From positions 37,147,841-37,211,840 of the forward strand of contig NC_068986.1 in assembly GCF_001194135.2 (NCBI RefSeq): DNA of 64,000 nucleotides. The letters are read 5' to 3'. Positions 39,966-52,795 of this stretch are shown piece after piece (the first letter of the stretch is position 1; each line of letters begins with the position of its first letter). The position numbers and the translations under genes are program-made. The notes under the pieces were generated by a model, which saw only the letters and a list, made by a program, of their open reading frames with translations, was not told where the DNA came from and made no database searches. This DNA comes from Octopus bimaculoides. Taxonomy: Eukaryota.

Positions 39966-41027
39966 CATAAACATATATAGAAACAAGTACACACAACAAA
40001 CATACACATTTCTATATACATATGGATATATTTTTAATACATATGTAAAATCGTAGTCATATGAAAGTTATAATAATATTAAAATACTTTGGTGTATATT
40101 CATAGAAATATTTGGAATGAAAGATTATAATTGTAACACCCAAACCACTACCACCGCCCAGTGATCTCCAGAGATTAATAATGATAATGGCAATAATACA
40201 AATATAGATACCCACATACTTACACATATGTATGTATAAACATGCTTAAATATAAACATATAAGGTATGTATAAATTCCAAAAGACTATTAATGTGGTAT
40301 CATTCAAAATATCCACTCACAATCTTAGATATAAATGCATACATATATATGCATATATATATATATANNNNNNNNNNNNNNNNNNNNNNNNNNNNNNNNN
40401 NNNNNNNNNNNNNNNNNNNNNNNNNNNNNNNNNNNNNNNNNNNNNNNNNNNNNNNNNNNNNNNNNNNNNNNNNNNNNNNNNNNNNNNNNNNNNNNNNNNN
40501 NNNNNNNNNNNNNNNNNNNNNNNNNNNNNNNNNNNNNNNNNNNNNNNNNNNNNNNNNNNNNNNNNNNNNNNNNNNNNNNNNNNNNNNNNNNNNNNNNNNN
40601 NNNNNNNNNNNNNNNNNNNNNNNNNNNNNNNNNNNNNNNNNNNNNNNNNNNNNNNNNNNNNNNNNNNNNNNNNNNNNNNNNNNNNNNNNNNNNNNNNNNN
40701 NNNNNNNNNNNNNNNNNNNNNNNNNNNNNNNNNNNNNNNNNNNNNNNNNNNNNNNNNNNNNNNNNNNNNNNNNNNNNNNNNNNNNNNNNNNNNNNNNNNN
40801 NNNNNNNNNNNNNNNNNNNNNNNNNNNNNNNNNNNNNNNNNNNNNNNNNNNNNNNNNNNNNNNNNNNNNNNNNNNNNNNNNNNNNNNNNNNNNNNNNNNN
40901 NNNNNNNNNNNNNNNNNNNNNNNNNNNNNNNNNNNNNNNNNNNNNNNNNNNNNNNNNNNNNNNNNNNNNNNNNNNNNNNNNNNNNNNNNNNNNNNNNNNN
41001 NNNNNNNNNNNNNNNNTATATATATAA

Positions 41028-41068
<41 letters not shown>

Positions 41069-41696
41069 TCATCATTACCGTTTTAACATCCAACATTCCC
41101 ATGCTTGCATGGGTTACATGGAACCTGTCAACGCAGATTTTCTATGGTTAGCTGCCCCTCCTAGCACCAACCCTCACTGTTGCCGACTCTCATTTGTTTT
41201 CATGCAAGGTAATATTGCTCCATGACCAAGTATGTTTCCTTGGGAGAGATTGGAAACAAAGAACACCAGTTGCATGACAGTGACACTTGTTTACAACTAC
41301 GTGATTACAAGGCAAGGACTCAGTAATACACACATACACACACAACACACACAAATATATATAGAGAGATTCTGGTATCATCATTAAATATAAACATTTA
41401 CATGCTCACATCCATAAATGCAGTTCTTGGGCCTTAACTCTATTCTATGAAGAGGTAACTCAACAGATTTACTTCTAACTTCTAATTTCTCTTGTTAACA
41501 ATGTTTAGCAGCATTTCATCTGGCTTTACATTCTGAGTTTAAATACCACTAGGTTGACTTAGCCTCTCATCTTTTTCATTTCGATGAAATAAAAACCAGT
41601 TGAACACCGAGTTCAATATAACTGACTAGTCTCCTCCCACCAAATTTCAGGCCTTGTGCTTATAACAGAAAGGATCATTATCATTATTATTATTAC

Positions 41697-41746
<50 letters not shown>

Positions 41747-42975
41747 TATTATTATTGATCTATAAAGCAGTGAGCTGGCAGACTAGACAAAATGCTTAGT
41801 TGCAGTTTGTCTGTAATAATTATGTCCTGAGATCAAATTCTGCATAGGTTGACTTTGCCTTTCATCCTTTTGAGGTCAATAAAATAAGTACCAGTTAAGT
41901 ACTGGGGTCAATGCAATCAACTTCTCCCTCACTCCAAAAACAGCAGGCCCTGTGCCAAAATTTGAAACCATTATTATCATTAATTAATCTTCAGAATAGT
42001 CTAGCTCCAATCCAAGTTGTCCATGAAGTAACTGGCAGCATTGACTTCTTGGATTTATGATTGTCCAATATAGCACCACCACCTGAACCTTTGAGTGCCT
42101 TTAACAGAATCCAGCCTCTTAGAAGCATTCAGGCCTGGTCTCTTGTCTGGAAATAAGTCCCTCCTTCTTCCCACCAGTCTCAAAGACACTGAAGAGGTTC
42201 ATGGGCACAGTTTTTACTTCTCTGAATAAGTCATTAAAAAAGAAAGAAAACAAACAAACTTGTATTCTGTCTTTCCTGCCAAATCTCACACCAGCCATTA
42301 ATTGCAGCCTTTCATTCCAAGGATCAATGGCCTACTGAACTCCATTTCTTCCTATGTGTTTTCAGAGTATCTAGGTTATCTAAACAAATCTTACCATTCC
42401 TTTCACTTCCCTGAAATGATAGTACATAGTACTGACTCCCTTGGGTTATAGACAATAATACTCCAACTTCTCACACACAACAATGAAATGTAAGTAAATC
42501 TTTTGACTGCTGCATTTATAAAGAGATAACTACATTTAACATGTGGAAACAGGAAGAAAAATAGTACTCCATACATTATGTGGAGTATATACATGTTACT
42601 TTTTCAGCTGAAAACAATCTAGTAGTTACTCAGGTGCTTGAGTTTCTTGAACTGAGCAAGGAAGTAATAAGCAGAAAATTCTACTAGAGTTTAAATAGCA
42701 ATTTCCTGCTGGAGCTCTAAAAATGTTCTAAACATACATATTCATACATATATAGCAAGAGAGAGGGTGGGAAGGGGAGGAGTAAAGGGGAGAGGAGCGA
42801 GCGAGAGAGGAGGGAGAGAGAGAGAGAGAAACTTCCAAAACAAGAAGTGTCATTAATGCTAACAATTTTTCTTCTTTTTTGAGGGAGTAATTTCAATTGT
42901 TTAAAATTCTTTTTGATTCACTACACTATGTATGTTGGCCTGCACTGAGCCATAATATATAAATATATAAATTAG

Positions 42976-43214
42976 TGGCTTAGTGGTTAGGGTGTCAGCA
43001 CCATGATCGTAAGATTGTGGTTTCGATTCCTGGACCGGGCGATGCGTTATGTTCTTGAGCAAAACACTTCATTTCACATTGCTCCAGTCCACTCAGCTGG
43101 CAAAAATGAGTAACGCTGTGATGAACTGGCATCCTGTCCAGCTGGGGAACACATACGCCATTGAAACCGGGAAACCGAGCCCATGAGCCTGGCTAGGCTT
43201 TAAAAAGGGCGCAT

Positions 43215-43215
<1 letters not shown>
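42976..43215 (+). mobile_element. SINE family C
   Basis: Matches the reverse complement of 9860-10099 over its whole length. Confidence 0.85.
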
Positions 43216-43245
<30 letters not shown>

Positions 43246-43372
43246 CATACACACACAGAGATATATACATGCATAGACACAGACATGCCTGTTTAACACA
43301 TGTAATACATACAATCATGAAGAAAAACATGCACAAAACAATCTCCAACATACATGCACAAATATAAGTGCA

Positions 43373-43408
<36 letters not shown>

Positions 43409-43840
43409 TAGGTAAATGAGAAAGAACAAATGACAACAGCAAACAATAAGCATTATTCATTGTCCATATTGTTTTTAAGTTGGGCTTTACATACTACTTG
43501 CTTATATTTGTTGCATGCAGTTTGTACATACACTGCAATATGTGTGTAATCAAACAAGTATTTCGTGTAGACAGTGTACTTGTCTACTCCTTTATTTTCC
43601 ATTATTCTATGTTTTTTGGGGGTTTTTTTATCTTTTACTTGTTTCAGTCACTTGGGCTGAGGCACTGCTTTGAAGGGTTTTAATCTAACAAATCAACCCC
43701 AGGACTTGTTTCTTAAAGTCTGGTCAATCAATTCAGTCGGTCAATTACTTTGCCAAACTGTGAAGTTGCATAGACATAAAACAACACTGGTACTTAAGTG
43801 GTGGAGAGAACAGAGCGCAAATACAAACACACACACACGC

Positions 43841-43877
<37 letters not shown>

Positions 43878-44477
43878 TACACACACACAAGCAAACATGC
43901 ATATATATGATGGCTGCAAAATTATATTTTTATACCTTTATGTATGAATACATAACACTTAATCTAACATGCATGCTAGCATGAAACATGAACATTAAAT
44001 GATGATGATGTTGTGCATACAATGCACATTTATTGTACATATTACATTGTTACATGAGCAGTTCCTGTAGATAATGTAATTGTTCACTACTCCATTTATA
44101 TGATTTCAATCCTTTCTTCCCGCCATGGCATTCACTACAACACTTTTCACCTTTCTCTAGTCTACTTTTACCTTTACAATTCTATCCACTCCTTGTTTCT
44201 AGATTTTTTTCTATTTCCTTCCTCGTTCTATTTCTTTAGTAATAAGCATTAACCCAATACTGCCCACCACCTGCCTCTATCTTAAACAATTTCTGTATAC
44301 TATCTGTAGTATTTTGGTTCTACTTTTGTCCGTCACTTCCTTTATTCTCTTACTTGCTTGTCTCAGACTTATCCAGCCTCACCACTTCCCTCCAGTTTCA
44401 TCTAACCTTGTACTTGTTTCAAATTTTGGCCACTCTGTCCTCATACTTCATTTCCTCCCTCATCATCTAGCCTCCCT

Positions 44478-44730
44478 GTGAAGGTGCATGGCTTAGTGGT
44501 TAGGTTGTTAGGCTCATGATCTTAAGACTGTGCTTTTGATTCCAGGACTGGGTGACACATTGTGTTCTTGAGCAAAACACTTCATTTCACATTGCTCCAG
44601 TCCACTCAGCTGACAAAAATGAGTAACCCTGTGATGGACCAGCATCCCGTCCAAGTAGGGAATTTATATGCCATGGAAACTGAGAGACTAGCCCTTATGA
44701 GTCAGCATGACTTGAGAAGGTAACTTAACT
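44478..44730 (+). mobile_element. SINE family C
   Basis: ggtgcatggcttagtggttagg...ttgagcaaaacacttcatttcacattgctccagtccactcagctg. Confidence 0.8.
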
Positions 44731-44888
44731 TTTTTACTTTACATCTAATTTCCCACACTACTCATACTACCTCCAAAACTTGTCCCATTGACTTCACCCA
44801 CACAACTCCCACTGACTTGCCCCAGTCTCTCTCCACCTCTATCCCTCCATATTTATTTGTTCACTCTTATTTCTTATTTACAAGGTAT

Positions 44889-44925
<37 letters not shown>

Positions 44926-45504
44926 AGAAGTGCAAGAATCTGAAACAGATTATTAAATCAAGTCATTCATATATATTTTTATTCTTCAAACTTTTATGTA
45001 TCATTATTACTTTAATATATGGTATTGTCTAACTCTCTCAGGAGGTATAGTACCACAATGATAATATAAAATATAACATTCAAATTGTAATTGATCCTCA
45101 GAGAGTTTGCTACCAGCTTAATTGAAATATGCATGAATTCTATATCATAATTTTAACAAATTTTGGCACATCTGAAAAAGTTTGAAAAATAAAAACCGGC
45201 ATATATGTTCGTGTGTGTGAATACAAGTATTATACACATACACACACACACACACATACGATAATCCACAATCCACTGTTGATCTTTTTTTAATATGATT
45301 TTAATGTTTGTATAGGTATAAGATTTTAATATATTTATTAAATTTATATTAACGCTATTAGGGGTTAAGGTTTATAGTAAATTGTCCATATCGGTGAGAG
45401 TTAATTCTCACTGAAAACGTTTACTGAATGTTGGACATTCATAAAGGTCACCAGATCAGTTGGTTCTGGACATTACTTCTTGTGTCCCAAGATTCATAGG
45501 GCCA

Positions 45505-45722
45505 GTTACCATGTTTCTATGGCATATGAATGACTGAAATCACATTTGCCCCCTAAACAGGCTAGTCCATTGCAGGGTTACTCATTTACAGCTGACTGGA
45601 CTGGGGCAATGTAAAATGAAGTGTTTTGCTCATAAACACAATGCATCGTCCAACCCAGGAATCAAAACCATAGTCTTAAAATCATAAGTGCAGCACCATA
45701 CTCACTTGGCCATGCACCTTCA
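45505..45722 (-). mobile_element. SINE family C (decayed), inverted relative to 44478-44730
   Basis: aaaatgaagtgttttgctcataaacacaatgcatcgtccaacccaggaatcaaaacca on the plus strand is the reverse complement of the family head. Confidence 0.7.
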
Positions 45723-45925
45723 ATTAGGTAGTTCTAGATGGTTACTGAATTATGAGAAGCAGAGAAGCTACTGCTGGCAGGGATTGAAAACTTGAGTTAA
45801 AATTTTTTGAAAATAATCAAAATTATTGTAAGATTTAGTAAAATAACTTTTCCTTGATTATGCTAGTGTGAGTCATAATAAAAGGTAAAGTTGAAATCAG
45901 CACAAATTTGAACACAGAATGTATT

Positions 45926-46057
45926 CATTATTTACATTAGACGGATATTTGTCCTCATCTTGTTTATTGTTAACACAGCGTTTTGGCTGATATACCCTCC
46001 AGCCTTCATCTTGGGGAAATTTCGAACTTGGGTTCTCATTCCTAAGGTATTTTTTGA

Positions 46058-46090
<33 letters not shown>

Positions 46091-46292
46091 CATTATTATC
46101 ATTATTATTACTATTATTATTCAGGTCACTGCCTGGAATCGAAATCGGAATCTTGGAATTAGTAGCCCATGCTATATGCCAATGGGCTTATATATATGGC
46201 GTACTGATTAAGAGCGCAGGCTACTAACCCCAAGATTCCAAGTTCAATTCCATGCAGTGACCTGACTAATAATAATAATTATAATAATAATG

Positions 46293-46335
<43 letters not shown>

Positions 46336-46473
46336 CATCATAAAATACCTTAGGAATGAGAACTCAAGTTCGAAATTTCCCCAAGGCACCTGATGAAGGC
46401 TGGAGGGTATATCAGCTGAGACGTGTTAACAACAAACAAGATAAGGAGAAATATCTGTCAAATGTAAATAATG
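45926..46473. mobile_element. Palindromic (head-to-head) element: tRNA-like heads, (TAA)n linkers, tails with decayed hammerhead-ribozyme-like motif
   Basis: 45926-46040 is the reverse complement of ~46338-46473; 46121-46173 is the reverse complement of 46212-46265; (TTA)n/(TAA)n tracts lie between. CTGATGA-A-GGCTG...CAGCT-GAGAC at 46390-46422. Confidence 0.8.
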
Positions 46474-46817
46474 TACATAATTTCTCATCTCTTAAATATA
46501 GAACTGTATTACAGAATGTACTGAGCCAAAAAGATATACCACAAGGAATTTTGTCAGAAGCTCTAACAATTCTGCAAACCTATTACTTTTACAAACTTAA
46601 TTATAATAAAGGAAGTTAATTATTTTACTAAATACTTTCTTTGCATTGATTACTTTAAACACAGTGTATTTTGTTAGAAATATGATTAGCAAATTGTTAA
46701 TGTCATTTATATATTAATTGGTATTGACTGTTTAGATATTCAGTGCAAGCCTCAAACTTTGAGAAGTGAATGTGCAGAAGGAAGAGTGAAAAAGCAAAAC
46801 CATGAAAGGGTGAAACA

Positions 46818-46945
46818 GAGAAAGAGACATACAAGAGAGAAAGAGAAAGAGACATACAAGAGAGAAAGAGACATACAAGAGAGAAAGAGAAAGAGACATA
46901 CAAGAGAGAAAGAAAAAGAGACATACAAGAGAGAAAGAGAAAGAA
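46818..46945. repeat. Minisatellite, 5 copies of an aaagagacatacaagagag core
   Basis: Read directly; units of ~19-25 bp. Confidence 0.85.
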
Positions 46946-46986
46946 AATGTAGAAAGTAAAAAAAAAACAAAGAGTTACTCAACAAT

Positions 46987-47031
<45 letters not shown>

Positions 47032-47032
<1 letters not shown>

Positions 47033-47368
47033 GATACATGACTCAGTGGTTAGAGTGTCAGGCTCACAATCATGAGGTAGTGAGTTCGATTCCTGGACCA
47101 GGTTGCGTGTTGTATTCTTGAGCAAAACACTTCATTTTATGTTGCTCCAGTTCACTCAGCTGTTGAAATGAGTTGTGATGTTATAGGTGCCAACCTGTAT
47201 TGGTCATTGCCTTTCTCTTGGATAACATTGGTGGCATGGAGAGGTGAGGCTGGTATGCATGGACAACTGCTGGTCTTCCATAAACAATTTTGCTCAGACT
47301 TGTACCTCGGAGGGTAACTTTTATATGCAATCCCATGGTCAATCATGACAAACGGAGGTCTTTACCCT
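47032..47368 (+). mobile_element. SINE family C', full length, abutting an inverted family E tail
   Basis: Head gactcagtggttagagtgtcaggctcacaatcatgaggtagtgagttcgattcctgg, same middle as family C, different tail. Confidence 0.8.
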
Positions 47369-47690
47369 CATCATCATCATCATCATCGTTTAACGTCCGC
47401 TTTCCATGCTAGCATGGGTTGGACGATTTGACTGAGGACTGGTGAAACCGGATGGCAACACCAGGCTCCAGTCTGATTTGGCAGAGTTTCTACAGCTGGA
47501 TGCCCTTCCTAACGCCAACCACTCAGAGAGTGTAGTGGGTGCTTTTACGTGTCACCCGCACGAAAACGGCCACGCTCGAAATGGTGTCTTTTATGTGCCA
47601 CCCGCACAAGCCAGTCCAGGGGCACTGGCAACGATCTCGCTCGAAAATCCTACAGGAGCCAGTCAGGCGGTACTGGCAACGGCCACATAT
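47369..47690 (-). mobile_element. Family E (RTE-type LINE 3' tail) with internal repeated ggcactggcaac/gtgccacc units
   Basis: catcatcatcgtttaacgtccgctttccatgctagcatgggttggacg... Confidence 0.8.
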
Positions 47691-48662
47691 ATATATCAAC
47701 ATATGTATAATATTCAAATTACTCTGACAAACATGCAATTTCAGATGAATTAGCAGTTATTCTAATGACAACAAATGCAATATAAACTGAATGGAAACTG
47801 AAGCAAATAATATTGATAGTATTATTATTATTATTATTCAAGGTGGCAAGCTGGCAGAATCGTTAGCACACTGGACAAAATGCTTAGCTGTATTCTGCCC
47901 ATCACTACGTTCTGAGTTCAAATTACACTGAGGTCGACTTTGTCTTTCATCCTTTCAGGGTCGATAAATTAAGTACCAGTTGAGTACTGGGGTCGATATG
48001 ATCGACTTACCCCTCCCCCAAATTTCAGGCCTTGCGCGTACACTAGATATGATTATTATTATTGTCATTATTATTATTATCATCACCATCTTCTCGAAAA
48101 AGAAGAACAGTGCTTCTGTTGTTCATAAGTTAACTCAGGCTACAAAACCTCACCTTTACTCAATTGTAGAAGAAAAAAAGATATAAAATGATAAATACAT
48201 TTAGAGAGAATGTGCGAGACTGAGAATGAGATCGGGTGAAAGAGTGAACGAGCGAGAGAGATTGCTTGAAAAGAAGACTGGCTGTGTTTGTTTGAAGTCA
48301 TGCAGTCAAGAGAAGAAAATAAATAAATGAATAAATGAATAAACACAAACTATTTAACACATTACAATGAATTTCAACAGGAAAGGTGAAAGGACTACTG
48401 CGGCGTAGTATACATGGTGATGGGGTGGAGTTGAAAATTAGTGCAACGTCATTAGGGGGTGTGGTTCATGGCTAGAATGTCTAAGGTTACATTTTATGTA
48501 GGTATGTATGCTTGTGTGAATGTACAGATGTACGTGTGCGACTATACTAATGAATGTATATATATGAATGTACAGGTGAATGTGTGTCTACAAATCTATC
48601 TACGACTCTATGGATGTAAGGGTATGTGTCTACACAGGTTTTTCTGTTTCTTACTTATTTGT

Positions 48663-48711
<49 letters not shown>

Positions 48712-48809
48712 TGTGTGTATGTTTGTGTGCATGTATGTATGTATGTGTGTAAATTTATCAACCAGTATCATATGAATGAATGTAATGTGTATTATCTAAC
48801 CTAAATTTG

Positions 48810-48857
<48 letters not shown>

Positions 48858-48989
48858 ATATACACAAGAAAGTGGCAGAATAGAATCCTTCACAATATTT
48901 AGTTCAGTATCTCATCTTCTTTCTGAATACAAATCTTGCTTTTCGTCCCAATAAAACAAAAAAACAATGATATGAATACTCGCATAATT

Positions 48990-50100
48990 AATGAAGTCAG
49001 TTAATTCAGTACAACCTTCTATCACATTGTGGAACAGTTGGTGCAGATGGTCCAGTCAATAAGGTACTGGACAAACCAACAAAGACGTTGGCAGTTCAAA
49101 TATAATCACCAATTCTGACAAGGGCTTTGGAGATGTTCTACAAAGATGCAACCACAGGGGCATCAAGTTAATATTTGTTGTTGGCACTCCATCGCTTACA
49201 ACGACGAGGGTTCCAGTTGATCCGATCAACGGAACAGCCTGCTCGTGAAATTAACGTGCAAGTGGCTGAGCACTCCACAGACACGTGTACCCTTAACGTA
49301 GTTCTCGGGGATATTCAAGCGTGACACAGTGTGACAAGGCTGACCCTTTGAATTACAGGCACAACAGAAACAGGAAGTAAGAGTGAGAGAAAGTTGTGGT
49401 GGAAGAGTACAGCAGGGTTCGCCACCATCCCCTGGCAGAGCCTCGTAGAGCTTTAGGTGTTTTTGCTCAATAAAAACTCACAACACCCGGTCTGGGAATC
49501 GAAACTGCGATCCTATGACCATGAGTCAGTTGCCCTAACAAGTGGGCCATTGCACCTCCACCAAGTTAATATACAGAGTTATGAAAGTAGCCAAAAGAAT
49601 TACAGAACAGCTAATTAGGAAAAGTATTAGTTTAGATAAGATATAGTGTGGGTTAATGCCAATACAAGATACTACAGATGCCCACTTCTTAGTGAGACGA
49701 CTTCAGAAGCTGCTCTTAGCTAAGGGTGAGCATTTGTTGACAGAGAAGGCATTTGATAGGATTCCATACTCTCTAGTCTAGTGGTTACTAAGAATATGGA
49801 TGCAGAATAATAGCTTATGAAAGCTGTGCAAGTCATGTACAGAAGGAATGTTGTCAGTAAGGGGAGAATTATCAACAAGTTCAATAAGGAATTCAGCATG
49901 CTGTGGGTGTTCATCAGAGCTCTGTTCTCATCCCCCACCTATTTCTTGTAGTTCTGCAAGTCATAACAGAGGGGTCCAAGACTGGCCATCTGCAAAGACT
50001 CCTATATGCCAACAACTCCTTTTTCCAACTCAGTTTTGAACATACTACAGTTGATGGTATAAACATGGAGAAGGTACTGAAAGTCAATTCCTTCATTGTA
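48990..50100 (+). mobile_element. Decayed RTE-clade LINE reverse-transcriptase region interrupted by a SINE
   Basis: Reads SSNIITNSDKGFGDVLQRCNHRGIKLI [insertion] YRVMKVAKRITEQLIRKSISLD...TTDAHFLVRRLQK...EKAFDRIP, then VGVHQSSVLIPHLFLVVLQ...RLLYANN (decayed YADD). In-frame stops and frameshifts. ORF 49903..50226 is part of it. Confidence 0.85.
49175..49561 (-). mobile_element. SINE family D, full length, 11-bp target-site duplication, inside the RT remnant
   Basis: Reverse complement of 38582-38970; TSD caagttaatat at 49164-49174 and 49562-49572. Confidence 0.9.
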
Positions 50101-50252
50101 ATCGTTTTCTTAAAAAAAAAAAAAAAAAGAGGGCCTCTTGGGGCTATGAATACTGCTTNNNNNNNNNNNNNNNNNNNNNNNNNNNNNNNNNNNNNNNNNN
50201 NNNNNNNNNNNNNNNNNNNNNNTTAAAAAAAAAAAAACATGATCTAGGGCAT

Positions 50253-50313
<61 letters not shown>

Positions 50314-51405
50314 ATATGTGAGCAGTACTCTTTTACAGATTTTACTTAAACTTTGTAGAGGATCAGAAATTCATTAAACATGAAGAATTTTTTTCACCCT
50401 CAAGAGGAACTTCAGTGGGGGGATACAAGTTTAGCAATGTTTTATGTTACATGTGTGGGGGTCCAAGAGGTAAGATCACCAGAGATTGTGAGACTCACCA
50501 GCTGAAAGAACACTGAGGGTTCTTAATTGAATATTGTCCTTGACTAGAGAGAAAACTGAACTACAAGATTCTTTATTCTTTTACTTTTTTAATCTTTTGC
50601 TTGTTTCAGTCACAGGACTGTGACCCAACCATGCATGAGTATTGCCTTAAAGAGCTTAGTCAAACAAATCAGTTCAAGTACTTTTCTTCTATAGCCTGGT
50701 ACATATTCTACAGGTCATTTTTTTTTAGTAAACCAGTAAGCTACAGGGACTAAAACCAACACCAAGCTGGAGAGGTGTATATATATACAGACAGCCTGGA
50801 GTTTGTATATGTGTACATACAACTCAATGGGCTTCTACACATTTTCTGTCTACTAAATTCATTCACAAGACATAAGTCAGTCACTAGCTATAAAAGAAGA
50901 AACTTCTTCAAGGTGCCATACAGTGGGACTGAACTTAAAACCACATGGTTATGAAGCAAACTTCTTAACCACACAACCATGCCTTAACCTGGCTATAATA
51001 GAGTAGTGTACCTTATGAAAGAATACATCAAATCACCAAAGATAAGTAACTTAGTTTTTGTTAAACCAAATCAAACAACCAGAGATAAATTTCAAATATT
51101 TCATCAACATAACATTCAACAACACACCATAACAGTGTGGCTTATCTAAAACTTGAATAGGAGAAGCTTTTCTGTTTTGTTTTTTTTTTCTCCTTTCTTT
51201 CCTAAATTGTTTTCTAACCAGGCACTGTATAGAAGTTACATCAGAAATGTTAAACATGCAAGTTATTTAGCAAGACAACAGGCCACTGGCAGCTTGCTCT
51301 GTGTGACTTCAGGATTTCAGAATAATTTATAACACTTTATACCTTAGGAGAAATACACCCATTAGTGGGTATACACTTATACGTAGGTATACACACACAA
51401 ACTAC

Positions 51406-51455
<50 letters not shown>

Positions 51456-52491
51456 CATATACACACACACACATAAGCATACACAATAAAAAATGTATAN
51501 NNNNNNNNNNNNNNNNNNNNNNNNNNNNNNNNNNNNNNNNNNNNNNNNNNNNNNNNNNNNNNNNNNNNNNNNNNNNNNNNNNNNNNNNNNNNNNNNNNNN
51601 NNNNNNNNNNNNNNNNNNNNNNNNNNNNNNNNNNNNNNNNNNNNNNNNNNNNNNNNNNNNNNNNNNNNNNNNNNNNNNNNNNNNNNNNNNNNNNNNNNNN
51701 NNNNNNNNNNNNNNNNNNNNNNNNNNNNNNNNNNNNNNNNNNNNNNNNNNNNNNNNNNNNNNNNNNNNNNNNNNNNNNNNNNNNNNNNNNNNNNNNNNNN
51801 NNNNNNNNNNNNNNNNNNNNNNNNNNNNNNNNNNNNNNNNNNNNNNNNNNNNNNNNNNNNNNNNNNNNNTGTGCACACGTGTGAGTATATGCATGTATGC
51901 ACACACATATACACACAGGTGAGCATGCCTATGAAATATTTCCCTAAGACTCAATAGTATGTATGATACCTTTGTGTGTAAAGGCAGAATGAGAGGGGGG
52001 AAAAAAGGGGGTGAGACAGGAAGAGTGAGAAAGTTTAGGAGGACAAAAGAGAAAAGAAAGAAAGGAGAGCTTGAGGAAGGAGACAAAGAAAGAGAGAGCT
52101 AGGGGAGAGAGAGAGAGAGCGGGAGGAGCAAGCAATAGACAGGAAAAGAAGATATGGTGGGGAGGAGGTGAAAGAGTCAGGTATCTAAAGATAGTGAGAA
52201 AGAGAATGATAAAGCAAGATTAGAATGAAATAAGTAACAAGAAGCTATTTATTGAGAGAACATTGCTTTCTTTCAACCATGGTTGGTTTATTTATAAGAT
52301 AAATTGGCTTTCATAAACAAACCAACCAGCCAGCCAGCCAGCCAAGAACCAAAACTAAAAAACAACATTTACACCTGTCTTGCTTAGACTACTGCTTTGT
52401 AGTCATTAAGGTCTAATGTTGTGCATTTGTGTATGCATATACACATATACATGCATGTGTGTGAGAATACATGAGCATATGTGTATGCATG

Positions 52492-52524
<33 letters not shown>

Positions 52525-52534
52525 TATATATCAT

Positions 52535-52795
52535 GATCATCATCATCGTTTAACGTCCACTTTCCATGCTAGCATGGGTTGGTCGATTTGACTGAGGACT
52601 GGTGAATCAGATGGCTGCACCAGGCTCCAATCTGATTTGGCAGAGTTTCTACAGCTGGATGCCCTTCCTAACGCCAACCACTCCGAGAGTGTAGTGGGTG
52701 CTTTTACGTGCCACCGGCACGAAGGCCAGTCAGGAGGTACTAGCAACGGCCACGCTCAAAATGGTGTATTTTACGTGCCACCGGCACAAGAGCCN
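52535..52795 (-). mobile_element. Family E (RTE-type LINE 3' tail), runs into a gap
   Basis: Near-identical to 47369-47600 and to the reverse complement of 27260-27505. Confidence 0.8.

Noticed and set aside
46197-46265. tRNA-like sequences here and at all SINE heads
   Set aside because: No complete cloverleaf or acceptor stem; they are repeat heads, not tRNA genes.
50339-50469. Open 131-nt segment with ttttacag acceptor and gtaaga donor (FYLNFVEDQKF...CGGPR)
   Set aside because: No recognisable protein; the gggggtcca-containing end looks like decayed DNA-transposon sequence.
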